Shown in pieces: positions 1 to 17,150 of a DNA stretch of 64,000 nucleotides. The position numbers were made by a program, and so were the translations under genes. This DNA is from the human T2T-CHM13v2.0 reference genome, Homo sapiens. The notes below the pieces were generated by a model. It was not told where the DNA came from and ran no database searches. It saw only the letters and a list, made by a program, of their open reading frames with translations. The DNA is taken from NCBI RefSeq assembly GCF_009914755.1, contig NC_060930.1. One strand, written 5' to 3'. Each line of letters begins with the position of its first letter. Within the stretch, counting starts at the first letter, position 1.

Positions 1-78
1 TCTCTGGGAGAACATGCTGATTTGAGCTTGCTATTCTTAATCTTTGTGTTAAAATGATTAATACAAATCAAGATTTAC

Positions 79-2880
<2,802 letters not shown>

Positions 2881-3289
2881 AAGATTTACAGCTTAATTTC
2901 ATTTTTCCCTGTGAAAGTTGCTTTACTACTTAAAATAAATGAAACATTTATTTTCTCACATAAAAGAAATGTTTGTTTCTACAATGTTTATTTTTATAAT
3001 GTTTTTTATAAAAAGCATAGTAAAATAAAATATGGAGACAAAAACTATCTACAATTTAAAAACATTATCCAGAATCTCATGTTTTTTAAGTAACAAGAGG
3101 TAACTTCTTTTTTACATTTCAGTCTTGATAGTTTCTTATGCTGAGGTAGATAGAGTATATTAACATCCTTAAAGAAATATGATCATTTTACTCAATATTA
3201 AAACTGAAGCATTTTCTCTGGTTAGGCAGAAGTTTTGGTGGCTGCTGTGTAATGTGTCTGTGTACTACATTTTATAATTTTATACAATA

Positions 3290-3800
3290 ATTTTCCTATT
3301 ATTGTGCCTTTAGTTATTTCCATTCTCTGCTATCATAAAAAAACCTATAAAGAATATTTTTAAATACAGATATTTGACCACATATTTAATTATTTCCTTA
3401 TTTTAGCTACACAAAAGGAAACTAAATGACCCAAAAGTATGAACATGTTTAAAACTCTAGGATGAATCATGTGAGATTTTTCTTCTAGAAGTTTTACCAG
3501 TTTATATTCCTACAAGAAAGTATGAGTGCATGTCCTCACATGTCCTTGGAAACACGGAACAAAGAATTTGTCATTTGATGGTGAAAATATTATTTTATTG
3601 TAATTGTAATCTGCATTTCTTTGGTTATAGTTTTATATGTTTTGCCTGTTTCTTAAAAATTGGACTGCTTTTCTTTATTATTACATTTTAAGAGTTATTT
3701 ATATATACTGAATATAAGTCCTTTATCAAATATGTGATTTGCAAGTGTTTTCCCAGTTTGTGGCTTTTCTTTTTATTCTTTTAATAGCACCTTTTGCAGA
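3290..3800 (-). mobile_element. Old L1M (L1MC/ME-like) 3' fragment
   Basis: Degenerate L1M antisense motifs (ataagtcctttatcaaatatgtgatttgcaagtgttttcccagtttgtggct). Confidence 0.55.
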
Positions 3801-3860
3801 GGCTACTATTATACTATATTTGCTGCATTTGCATAACTTTAGTTAAAATTAAAAGGAGCC

Positions 3861-3985
3861 AGGGAGAGAGAGAATGAGAAAGAGAGAGAGAGAAAGAGGA
3901 AGAGAAGGAGGAAAGATAGAAAGAGAAAGAGAGAAGATAGGGAGGGAGACAGGGAGAGAGAGGGAAGGAGAGGTGAGGAGAGAAA
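3861..3985. repeat. GA-rich low-complexity purine tract
   Basis: (GA)n/GGGA-type run; explains the spurious ORFs 3874-4284 and 3814-3996. Confidence 0.9.
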
Positions 3986-4423
3986 AACCTATTCATTTAC
4001 GTTGGGTTACGTGCTCATCTCTTGGCAGGTTAGGTGCTCATCAAAGACAGGGCACTTTGATATTTTCACCAGAAAGATACAAAATGGGTGCTCCTCAAAA
4101 TAAACAAGAAAAGGGTAATGGTCGTGTAGTTTTATCTGATGAAAGTTATGGACTCTTTACTAGAAATGGTACAAATGCAATGCATAATGCATTTTGCATA
4201 CAGATTTTTAAGAACATTTACAAACATGGTCAGGATGAGAACACTGGCTTGATAATTCTGAAAATACAACTCCATAGCCTATAATTTGCTTTATTATAAT
4301 TGAGAAATCTGGCAGTATCCTAACCTTCATGATTCTGAATTCTTTAGGCTATGTCTTCAAATGACAGTGTGCTTTTTATTTTTACTTGAAGACATCCTAA
4401 GACCTTCCAGGTTTCAGGTTCTT

Positions 4424-4908
4424 TGTAGGAGTTTGGTCAGCTTGGTGGGAAAAATTATAAAAATTTTAAGGAAAAGACACAAACCTCTTGGAATGCTGGG
4501 AGGTTTTGCAAAAGCTTTGGGAAAGGATTTGGCTGAAGGCAGCTGAATTCTCTCAGAGTAGGTAACAAGGAAGCATAAGGGAATTGATCTAGATAAGTTA
4601 GTTTACTTAGGCCTTGGAACAGGGCCTTTAATCATCTGCATGCAGGACTGCTCTCTGGGTGGGGGTGGGTGGTGGTGTGACCATGTTAATTACCCACAAG
4701 TGTGTTGACTCAAGGCTTTTGTCATTAAATCTGTACTGAATAAATGCCCGCAGGGCTGGCTTGTTGAGGCTGCAGCCATTGTGACTTTTTATGGCATCCT
4801 CCTCGATGTCTGTGAGCAGCCCAGTTCCCTAGCTGCATGGCCAGGCAAAAAACCTGTGTCTGCATACGTTTTTTCATCTGTCACTTGACCACTGGGTCAG
4901 ACCTAGCA
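4424..4908 (+). promoter_or_regulatory. 5' LTR (LTR22 family)
   Basis: tgtaggag...cctagca, direct repeat of 11753-12255; aataaa at 4739-4744. Confidence 0.92.
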
Positions 4909-4910
4909 GG

Positions 4911-4928
4911 TGGTGCCCCGTGTGAGGA
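4911..4928 (+). promoter_or_regulatory. Primer-binding site complementary to elongator tRNA-Met
   Basis: tggtgccccgtgtgagga is the reverse complement of the tRNA-Met 3' end (...UCCUCACACGGGGCACCA), 2 nt after the LTR; Met priming is the known hallmark of HML-5. Confidence 0.92.
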
Positions 4929-5057
4929 ACGCTGCAACGGATCACAACGGAACCCTCAAAAATGAAGAAGAGACTGCGCAATCAGTAAATCAGTAAGCCA
5001 TTGGTACTCACTCAGGATTTCCAAGTTCAAGGGAATTGTTCAGGCTAGGGTTTCATC

Positions 5058-6898
<1,841 letters not shown>

Positions 6899-7525
6899 TG
6901 CTAAGAGAAGGAGAAGACCCTAAAAGGGCTGCAACTGGTATCTGGAGCCCACTGCCTCCAGGAACAATGGGATTAGTCCTAGGGTGATCAAGCCTATCCA
7001 GTAAAGGAATTAATGTGTTCACCGGGGTAATTGATAGTGATTATCAAAGTGAAATATTAGTTGTGATGGAATGTAAAGGTCTGCATATTCTTCCCCCGGA
7101 TCAAAGATAGCTCAGTTACTACTTTTACCATACTGGGTCCCCAATGCCCATGGAAGGGAATGGGGAAAGGGAAGTTTTGGAAGCACAGGAGCCATAGGAG
7201 TATATTGGAATCAATTAATCACTGATCATGATCACCTTAAAAATTGGAAATAAGAATTTTACTGGTTATTGGACACAGGAGCAGATATTTTGATTATTAG
7301 TGATCAAAACTGGCCAGAAGCTTGGCCTTGGGTCACTCAGAAACAAAAAATTGTCAGCACTGGAGAAGTGCACACAGCCAAGCAGAACACATGCCCCCTA
7401 ACATGTTGCGATTTGGAGAGGAGAAAAACAGTTACACAACCTCTAATCATGCCCATCCCTGTTAATCTTTGGGGACAGGACCTATTAGCCCAATAGGGGG
7501 TCACTCTGCAGACCCCTTTCTAATA

Positions 7526-10035
7526 ATGGCCACTGTTATTATCCCTCCCCTACCCCTGACATGGCTCTCTCAAGATCCAATTTGTGTAGAACCGTGGTCT
7601 TTAAAGGGAGCTAAATTACAAAGAGCCCATAAATTAGTTGAGGAGCAATTAAAAGCCAGCCATATAGAACCATCAAACAGCCCTTGGAATTTGCCCATTT
7701 TCATCATTCCCAAAAAGTCTGGTAAATGGAGACTTTTGCATGACTTATGTGCTATTAATGCTAATTTGCAACCTATGAGGCCCCTTCAACAGAGGCTCCC
7801 TTCCCCCATGGTAATTCCTCAAGATTGACCTATAATCATTATTGACTTGAAAGACTGCTTTTATACTATTCCCCTTGCAGAACAGGACAGAGAAAAATTT
7901 GCATTTACAATACCAGCTATTAATAATGAAAGGCCAGCTTACTGATTTCATTGGAAAGCCCTGTCTCAAGGGATGCTAAACAGTCCTACCATGTGTCAAT
8001 ATCATGTAAATCAGGCTTTATTCCCCAGTAGAAAAGAATTTCCTAATTGTAAGATTATTCATTTCACAGATGATATTTTACTAGCAGCCCCAATGGAGCC
8101 AGTACTTTTAAGTTTATATGCCTCTGTTGTAAAGAATACACATTTAAGAGGTTTAATCATAGTACCTGAAAAAGTACAAATGTCCTCTCCTTGGAAATGT
8201 CTTGGGTACATACTAACTTCCCGGTCGGTAAGACCTCAAAAGTTAAATTAAATACTAGCAACTCACACACCTCAAATGATTATCAGAAATTACTAGGTGA
8301 TATTAACTGGCTTCACCCCACCTTGGGCATACTACTGATAAGTTACAGAACCTGTTTTCTATCTTAAAAGGCAATGCTGCCCTAGACTCTCCTAGGTATT
8401 TAACTCTTGTAGCACAAAGGGAAATTGAGGAAGTAGAGCAAGCTATTTCTCAGAGGCAACTAGATTGCATAGATCAACGACATTCAGTTCAGTTGTTTGT
8501 TTTTCCCACTAAACATTCCCCTACAGGGTTAATAGGACAGATGGCCCCAGGGCTATGCTTCCTAGAATGGGATTTTTGCTCACATACCAGGACTAAAACA
8601 CTCTCTCCCTATGTCCAGCTGGTTAGTAAAGTCATCTATTCAGGCCACAGGCGATGCAATCAGTTGCTAGGTTATGACCCTGATGTCATCAGAATTCCTT
8701 TGAGTATAAAGCAATTCGAAGCAGTATTGCCCTTTAGGCCTGCAAATAGTACTCTCTGATTACACAAGCCATATAGAGCATGCCCTTCCTGTTGATAAAC
8801 TACCTCAGTTCTTATCTCATACTTCTGTGGTTTTGCCTACAAAAATAATTCACTCCCCCATACCTAAAGCTTTAACACTGTTTACTGATGGCTCTGGTAT
8901 ACACAGAAAAGCAGCTGTCTGGTAGAGATTGCATAATTCCCTCACTCATTCTGGATTTACTAGCACTCAGAGAGCTGAGGTTGGAGCCTTAATATTGGCC
9001 TTGGAAACTTTTTCCACTCAGCCCATCAATATTGTTAGTGACTTTGCTTACTCTGTTTATTACAGAACCTTGAGACAGCCTTCATTAAGTCCACTCTGGA
9101 TCTCACCCTGTGTGCACTTTTTCTTCAACTTTAGCAATTGCTAGATCAACGTACACATCCTATTCTTATTACACATATTTGGGCCCACAGCTCACTGCCT
9201 GGCCCATTGGCTTATGGCAATGATCAAGCAGACCTACAGGTTATGACATCACAGCTTGACCAAGCCACCTAATTGCATCATTTTTTCCACCAAAACTGGA
9301 GAAACTTATCTAAACAATTTCAACTTACCCAGAGACTAGCTAAACAAATTATCCTGCAGTGCCCAGATTGCCAGCTCACAGGCACATCCCCTCCTTCAAC
9401 AGGTGTTAATCCTGGGGGACTAGAACCTAATCAGTTATGGCAAACAGATGTTACACATGTCCCTGAATTTGGAAAACTTAGATATGTACATGTATCCATT
9501 GATACCAATTCCCACTTAATTAGTGCTCACCTGATATGTCATTAGACATCTTTTAACTTTTGCATTTATGGGGCGGCCCACAAAAATTAAAACTGATAAT
9601 GGTCCGGCTTATGCCAGCTCACAAGTTCAACAACTTTGTCACACGTGGAACATCCAACATTCCACAGGCATCTCGTATAACCCCCAAGGACATGCCATAG
9701 TAGAACGTACCCAACCCACCCTTAAAAATATGCTCAGAAAACAAAAAAGTGGTAATGTGAGTAAGGACCCTGCAACACTATTAGCACAAGCCTTATTTAC
9801 TCTTAATTTTTAAAATTTAGATGATAAATTTAAATCAGCTGTAGGAAAGCACTTTGCTAAAACCTCTCAAACATAAAACCTGCAGTTTTATGGAAAGATG
9901 CAAACAGTAATGTATGGTGTGGTCCAAATAAATTGTTAACGTGGGGAAGAGGATATGCTTGTGTTCGCACCCCCTCAGATCCTCTTTGGATTCCAGCATG
10001 ATGCATCAAACCATACCATGGTGTGGCTAGGACCC
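7526..10035 (+). pseudogene. pol: HML-5 pol (RT, RNase H, integrase), disrupted
   Basis: SPWNLPIFIIPKKSGKWRLLHDL; FTDD in place of YxDD; RNase H FTDGSG; integrase HHFFH...CPDC, WQTDVTH, KTDNGPAY, TWGRGYACV. Confidence 0.92.
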
Positions 10036-10036
10036 C

Positions 10037-11750
10037 TTGCTTTGTCTGCAACCTGTACCTGCTACACTCTATTGGGCTCATCTCTTAGATCCGCCTTTCT
10101 TCCGCCCCGTCACCTGGGCAGACACCCCCTTCCCAGCCTCTAATAATGTAACTGCTTGGCTGGGAGGGATAGATTTACCCCCAGTTGGATCCATCATTAA
10201 TGGCACACATTGGACTAAGGTGTCAGTAACACTACATATCACTCCACTATCCTCCCACTGTGTGTAAGTTATAAAAATTCTAACTGTTACTATGTACCTG
10301 CCCAAACATAATTATGGCTACATCATGGCAAAGGAAGTGCTTTAACAGTCTTAGTTGCAGGAGTCCTCAAACTGGGCAATGCAGTCAATGCTACTTTCCC
10401 AAACATTCCTTCCTGTGCTAAAGAACAAAGCTGGGAAAGCAATGGATTCCACTTTAGCTGGGAGGTGTCTCACAGGGTGCATGCCCATAGCCTCCAGCTA
10501 GGCGATTATAACGTCTTAGACTGGAGCCCCCACAGCCATTTGCAGGGCGATCGCACTGATGTCCGCATCTATTATGGCATCAATGACAGTTTCGTATCCA
10601 TGTCCCATTCCCCTATAATTTGGGCCGATAGGGGGATGGGATATCCCAGACCCCAAGTAGAGTCCATGCCACCCCAAGACATTTTATGGCACCTGGGACT
10701 TCTTAGCACCCCCCCTTAACACCTGGGATGGGACATATCATAATTCCAGTCACAATTACACTATGACCTTTTTTCATAATCACACTTATCAGTGCCTGAT
10801 TTGCACCACCCATCCGTACGTTTTCCTTGTGGGGACCAATATTTCCATTACACCCCAAAACTCCATGTTTGTGACCCAAGTTCAGGGACAGGCTTGGTAT
10901 GCCTCTTGTATCACTAATTATAATATATCTAATTTAAATATTACTAGTGTCATGGTATTGAGGAGACAATCTGAGGCTTTCCTACCAGTCAATTTAACAC
11001 GCTATTAGCAAGGTTCCTCTGCCCTTGCCACCTTAGAATGTGCCTTGTCCCAGGTCAGACACAAAAGATTCATAGTTACACTTATAGCCTTTATAGTCTC
11101 AGCCATAGTCATCCTAGCAACTGCCAGTGTTATTGTAGCATCTATTACGGAATCAGTACAAACAGCTACTTTTGTAGATAATTTGGTCAGAAATGTGTCT
11201 AATGAACTTCTCTTACAGTGGGGTATAGATCAAAAGATTCTCACATGTCTGCAAGCCCTCAAGGCTGCCTTGGAATATGTGGGGGAGCAACGAGATGCAC
11301 TGGCCTTCCAACAGCAATTGAACTGTGACCAGGAGCTTAAGCACATCTGTGTCACCTCTCTACTTTGGAATCAATCAATACATAGTTGGGATGAGGTGAA
11401 ACAATACCTCTGGGGAACCTTTCATGATAATTTAACAGCAGATGTAAAGTAACTTAAAACTAAAATTCTAGCATCCCTAAACGCCATAGATCTACATGCC
11501 CAACAAACAGGCATATGGAAGGGTGTGTGAGATCATCTCTCCTGGATAGACCCCTATTCCTGTGGGGGGATCACTCCTTGATTGGAGAAGAATGTTGTTA
11601 ATTATACTCACGTTTGTCTTATGTTATTTGCTAATTCTGGCATGCAAAGTTGCAGTACGAGTTACAACCGCTGCACCTGACAAACCTGTTGTTTCACACA
11701 TTTGCTCTCTTCAATCAACTAAACCTGATGCAAAAGACAGAAAAGGGGGA
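10037..11750 (+). pseudogene. env: HML-5 env (SU and TM), leader missing, stops and frameshifts
   Basis: YWAHLLDPPFFRPVTW (beta-type SU start); furin site RHKR followed by fusion peptide FIVTLIAFIVSAIVIL; CX7C loop CDQELKHIC; hydrophobic anchor LLIILTFVLCYLLILA. Confidence 0.9.
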
Positions 11751-11752
11751 GA
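11739..11752 (+). promoter_or_regulatory. Polypurine tract
   Basis: agaaaagggggaga immediately before the TG of the 3' LTR. Confidence 0.9.
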
Positions 11753-12255
11753 TGTAGGAGTTCAGTCAGGGTTGTGTGGGAAAAGTTATAAAAATTATAA
11801 GGAAAAGACGCAAACCTTCTTGGAAGGCTGGGAGGTCTTGCAAAAGCTTTGGGTAAGGATTTGGCTGAAGGCAACTGAATTCTGTCAGAGTAGATAATAA
11901 GGAAGTGTAAGGAAATTGATCTAGATAAGTTAGTTTACTTGGGCCTCAGAACCTGGCCTTTAATCATCCATGTGCAGGACTGCTCTCTCTGGAAGGTGGG
12001 GGGGGGGGTGACCATGTTAATTACCCACAAGTGTGTTAACTCAAGGCCTTTGTCATTAAATCTGTACTGCATAAAATGCCCGCAGTGCCGGCTTGTCGGC
12101 TTGTCGAGGCTGCCGCCGCTGTGACTCTTCACGGCATCCTCTTGGAAGTCTGTGAGTGGCCCTGTCCCCTAGCTACACGGCCAGGCAAAAAAACCTGTAT
12201 CTGCATACATTTTTTCATCCATCACTCAACCAGGGTCTGCGAGTCAGACCCGGCA
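11753..12255 (+). promoter_or_regulatory. 3' LTR (LTR22 family)
   Basis: Direct repeat of 4424-4908, ends cggca followed by the TSD. Confidence 0.92.
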
Positions 12256-12909
12256 GTTCTTTAAAAAACATTTATAGGTATCACTGTTTAGTTTTATTTT
12301 TGATTCCATTAATTCTAAATTTGTACCATGTTATCTCTTTCATAAATCACATTCATATTCATTTTCTTCATTATTCTATGTGTGTTCCTCAAGTTTATCA
12401 CTTGTTTCACTGATCAATTTTTTCTGTAATATTTCAATAATGTATTGCTTCTGTCCGTTGAATAGTATTGAATGAGTTATATTATTCAAATAATGATTTG
12501 AATAGTTCTTCAGTTTATCTTTTCACTCTTACTTAATAGTTGCTAATATCACTGAGATCCACTCTAAAACTACTAGTTTGGATCTCTGGATATTGCAGAG
12601 AAAGACTTGACACAAGCCAAATTTGAATATTTATTTACATACCTTAGGCTGTGCATATTGGTTTACAGCACTTCATCCTTATGTAACTGTAACTATATTG
12701 ACCACCTCCTCTGAAGCTAGGACAAGGCTCAAAATCATATCTGGTTTTTCTTTCTATATAATATTTTTTTAAACCAGCTTCTCTCTAAATACAGTTATAT
12801 CCCCAGCCAAAGGAAATTCCTCTGTCCACTTTTCTTCTCATACTAGATGCAAAACTTCTCTTAAGAACATCATATGACTGTAAAACAAAATATTTATTTT
12901 CAAGGTATA

Positions 12910-13662
12910 TGTGATGTTTAATTTTATGTGTCAACTTGACTTGATTAAGGGCTGCCCACATAGCTGGTAAAACCTTATTTCTGGTTGCACGTGGTGGCTC
13001 ATGCCTGTAATCCCAGCACTTTGGGAGGCCAAGGTGGGCAGATCACTTGAGGCCAGGAGTTTGAGACCAGCCTGGCCAACATGACGAAACTCTGTCTCTA
13101 CTAAAAATACAAAAATTAGCCAGGCATCATGGTGCATGCCTGTAATCCCAGCTACTCGGTGGCTGAGGCACGAGAATTGCTTGAACCTAGGTGGCAGAGG
13201 TTGCAGTGAGCCGAGATTGTGCCACTGAACCCTAGCCTGGGCAACAGAGCAAGTCTGTGTCTCAAAACAAACAAACAAACAAAAAAACCAAAGCACCTTA
13301 TTTCTGGGTGTGTCTGTGAGGGTGTTTGCTGAAGATATTAGCGCTTGAATTGGTAAACTGAGTAAAGAAGATCCTCCCTCACCAAATCTGTTGAAGCCCT
13401 GGATAGGACAAAAAGGTGGAGAAACTGAATTTATTCTCTCTTCTTGGGATATGCATCTCCTCCCTTTGATGCTGTTAGACAGCAGTGCTCCTGGTTCTTT
13501 GGCCTTTAAAGTGAATTATACCACTGGCTTTCCTGGGTCTCCAGCCTGTAGACAGATCATGAGACTTAGCCTCCAGAATCATGTGAGTCAATACCTATAA
13601 TAAATCCCCTCATGTTCTATGTATATCCTATCGATCCTGTTTCTTTGGAGAATCTTAATACA
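12910..13662 (+). mobile_element. MLT2 (ERVL) solo LTR interrupted by Alu
   Basis: tgtgatgtttaattttatgtgtcaacttgac start, ggagaatcttaataca end; flanks gtata/ttata. Confidence 0.85.
12983..13294 (+). mobile_element. AluS (Sx-like)
   Basis: Dimeric Alu, (CAAA)n tail, TSD accttatttct. Confidence 0.93.
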
Positions 13663-14700
13663 TTATATTATATCTGTTATTACTCCTCATTCATCTAGTC
13701 CATTGGTCTTCACCATTTTGTGCAGTGCTCCATCATATCTGATCTTTTGTGTGCCACACTTAAAATTTTCTTAAATTTTTCTGTTTTGCGTCTTCATTCT
13801 ACAACACCTCAATAAGTAAAATGACAAAAGATTCTCCTCGATAAGAGGTAACATCTTCATATACCTGTAAGGTCTATTCTGGGGTAAGATTTACTTCCCT
13901 CTTTTTACTTTCATCTTTTCCAGTTTTCTCAATATTGTCATTTAATTATTATTTAAAAATATTTTTCTATATCTTATTCAGATTATTTATTGATCTGTGG
14001 AGAACTGGTCTTAGAGGATGCTGTTTTAAAAATCCTTTCCAGCTGACTTTTGCTTGCAGATTGCACTCTGAGTTAGAAATATCTCTCTTAAAATCATGTT
14101 GTTAAATAACTGCTAGTCTGGGGAAGCTTTCATTTAGTTTGCCTAAATTATAAAAAGTGGATCGAGTTGGTTGGAATTCCCTTAAATGCACAATTTTAGT
14201 TTATATGGATCTTTCTTAGTTGTGACCCATTAGAATTAGAGTCTGCAGAAAGTCCAAACTCTATACTCTCATAAGAGGCTTATTCTTATTGTTAGTATTT
14301 TAGATTTTATTATAGATTTTTTTCTTCTCTTGATGCTTTCATGATACTATTTTATTAATTAATTTTACAAATTAAAATGTGAAAATGTTTTGGGGTGCAG
14401 TTTTAATGTTTTTATTTTGTTTTTACAGAAGGGAAAAGATTTCCTATTTTAATATACTTTTGAACATGTTATCTTTGTGTTTAAATAATATGAGAGTGCC
14501 GTGAACATGAATTAATTAATCTTGATTCAGTTTATTTTGCTTGCTAAAAATAAGACTGCAAACCAGAAATAATGTCAGTGTTTATTTCAGGATATTCCTG
14601 CAGGTCAGTTTTATCAGAAACAATAGTCTGCTTACCTGGGAAGAAACAGTTTGTTAAATAAGAGCTTACTTATCAAAGTTCATTTAAAAATGCTCACATT

Positions 14701-15350
<650 letters not shown>

Positions 15351-15560
15351 CTATCACAAACTATGTTCATTTTGAACCAATTTCCTGCCTCAAAAATCTT
15401 GCCCTAAACACCTAATCCCAGAAACAATTTTGATTTCTCTTTTCTGAGACACTGCTAAGATTCTTTCAAAGGGATGCTTTCCCTGTTATAGTGAGTTCAA
15501 ATAAATTTATTTGATTACCAAGTTGCTTGGTGAGATATTGGTGGGTTCAACAATCAGAAA

Positions 15561-15748
15561 CACTAATGTCTAATAGAACTTTATGCAATCATAGAAACAT
15601 CCAATATGGTAGTCATTAGTCACATGTGCACTTAAAATATGACTAGTCAACTAAGGACCTCAGTTTTAATTTTATTTAATTTTAACTGCTTTAAATTTAA
15701 ATTGAAGTATACATACACACCTAAGGTCTCTCATATTAGAGAGAGCAG
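15561..15748. mobile_element. MER3 (hAT-Charlie MITE)
   Basis: tgtctaatagaacttt...ccaatatggtagtcattagtcacatgtg...AT-rich core...atattagagagagcag. Confidence 0.8.
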
Positions 15749-15751
15749 ATC

Positions 15752-15769
15752 TGGAGGTTCCACTGACAT
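15752..15769 (+). promoter_or_regulatory. Primer-binding site complementary to tRNA-Gln
   Basis: tggaggttccactgacat vs expected TGGAGGTTCCACCGAGAT, 16/18 match. Confidence 0.75.
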
Positions 15770-17034
15770 TCAGTTGAGTTCTCACCTCACTACTGTGGTT
15801 GAGATTTTTTAGTCAGGAACAGTACTTCCACTGAGATTCTTTCACCTTCCTGCCGGAGAGGAAGATTTTGATCTGTTTTTTTTTCCTTTTGTCATGAAAT
15901 GCTAAGTTTATATTCTCTTCCAGGAAATACAATTTTGGAGGAGATTGTATAATAATGCTTTCATTATTTTCTGATCAGATTTGAAAGCTGTTATCTTTGT
16001 TGAAAAATCAGCTTTGTTATTCATAACTCTACTCTTTATCTTTGTCCTTGCTCTGTGTGTGTGTGTGTGTTTTTGTCTGTGTGTGACTCTGTAAGAAGAA
16101 AGTGAATAAGCATAAGCCCGAATAAGTCTGTTTCTCAGAACAGACCCAGGGACTGAGGACTGCAGAAAGTTTTCACTTAAATCAGTTTCTTTTGGAGAAA
16201 TTTTGCCTTACATTATTATCAATTAGTGTCTAATGAGAATTTTCCTTAGTTTTGTCTTGTTTGCTTCCCATGAGAACTTGATTCTGGAAGATATCTCTCA
16301 TCCAAAGTTTCCATCTACACAGACTTTGAAGTCTGTATAGTTGACTGATTCTAAGGGAGAGGTTGTGTGATGTAGAAGGGTAAAGGCCAACCATTTGAGG
16401 GCCCAAGACAAAAGGTGCATCAACAATACTGTTGATGGGTTGATGCTAGAATTCTCATGAGTTTATCTCATTTTAAACTAAGTCTGTGCCTCATTCTGGT
16501 CAATTCTCCTAACTCTTACATATTTTTACACATCAATTTCTGTAAATATCTTTCTAAATGACCTGATTTCACCTTGAATAATTTAGATCATAGTCACTTT
16601 GAGAAACTTTCGATATGAACAAAATTGTTTATTTGAGAAGCACTTTGGAACAGAAAGGGAAAAAAATCCCAAACATCCAATGGCGGACATTGATTTTATT
16701 GTTATAATGAAACTCCCAAAAGAAACTCTGATTCCAAAATTGCTTCCTTAAAAGTTTCTTTGGCTAATAAATGTGAAAAACTTGAAATTTCTTTCTTTTA
16801 GATAGTCCCAATCAGAACTTGAACTTAATGGATTTTGTCTTACTGTCTTGCTTCATCTTTTGCTTTTCCATTATACTCTACCACTACTCCTCTTTCTGAT
16901 CTGGTTTTCTTATCTTTTGGGTGTCCAGAAACCCCCAAAGCTGACCCATCTCTGAAAGTTAAATTCCCTTTAGAAAAGGCAAATCTTTTCTGGTTGACTT
17001 TAAGCCCTAAGACTCATAAAAAGACTAGCGTTAG

Positions 17035-17150
17035 ATCCTTTTGTAATTGATAAGCATCATGGTTAGGATTTAATGCTCATATGTGAGCTGAGCCTCCCTC
17101 AAACATTGTTAGGACATCAACACAATACCAGTCTGATATGGAAAAAAAAA
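17035..17150 (+). pseudogene. SNORD13: U13 (SNORD13) box C/D snoRNA processed retrocopy
   Basis: atccttttgtaattgataagcatcatggttagg...tgtgagctgagcctccctcaaacattgttaggac...gtctga resembles U13 along its length; A-tail; 17-bp TSD aaaaagactag(cg/ta)ttag at 17018-17034 and 17146-17162. Confidence 0.88.

Noticed and set aside
3874-4284. 136-aa ORF
   Set aside because: N-terminus is translated GA low-complexity sequence; no recognisable domain.
10037-11897. Domesticated env (syncytin-like or HEMO-like)
   Set aside because: HML-5 env is split into short frames with stops and lacks a leader; the older ERV1 env is even more decayed.
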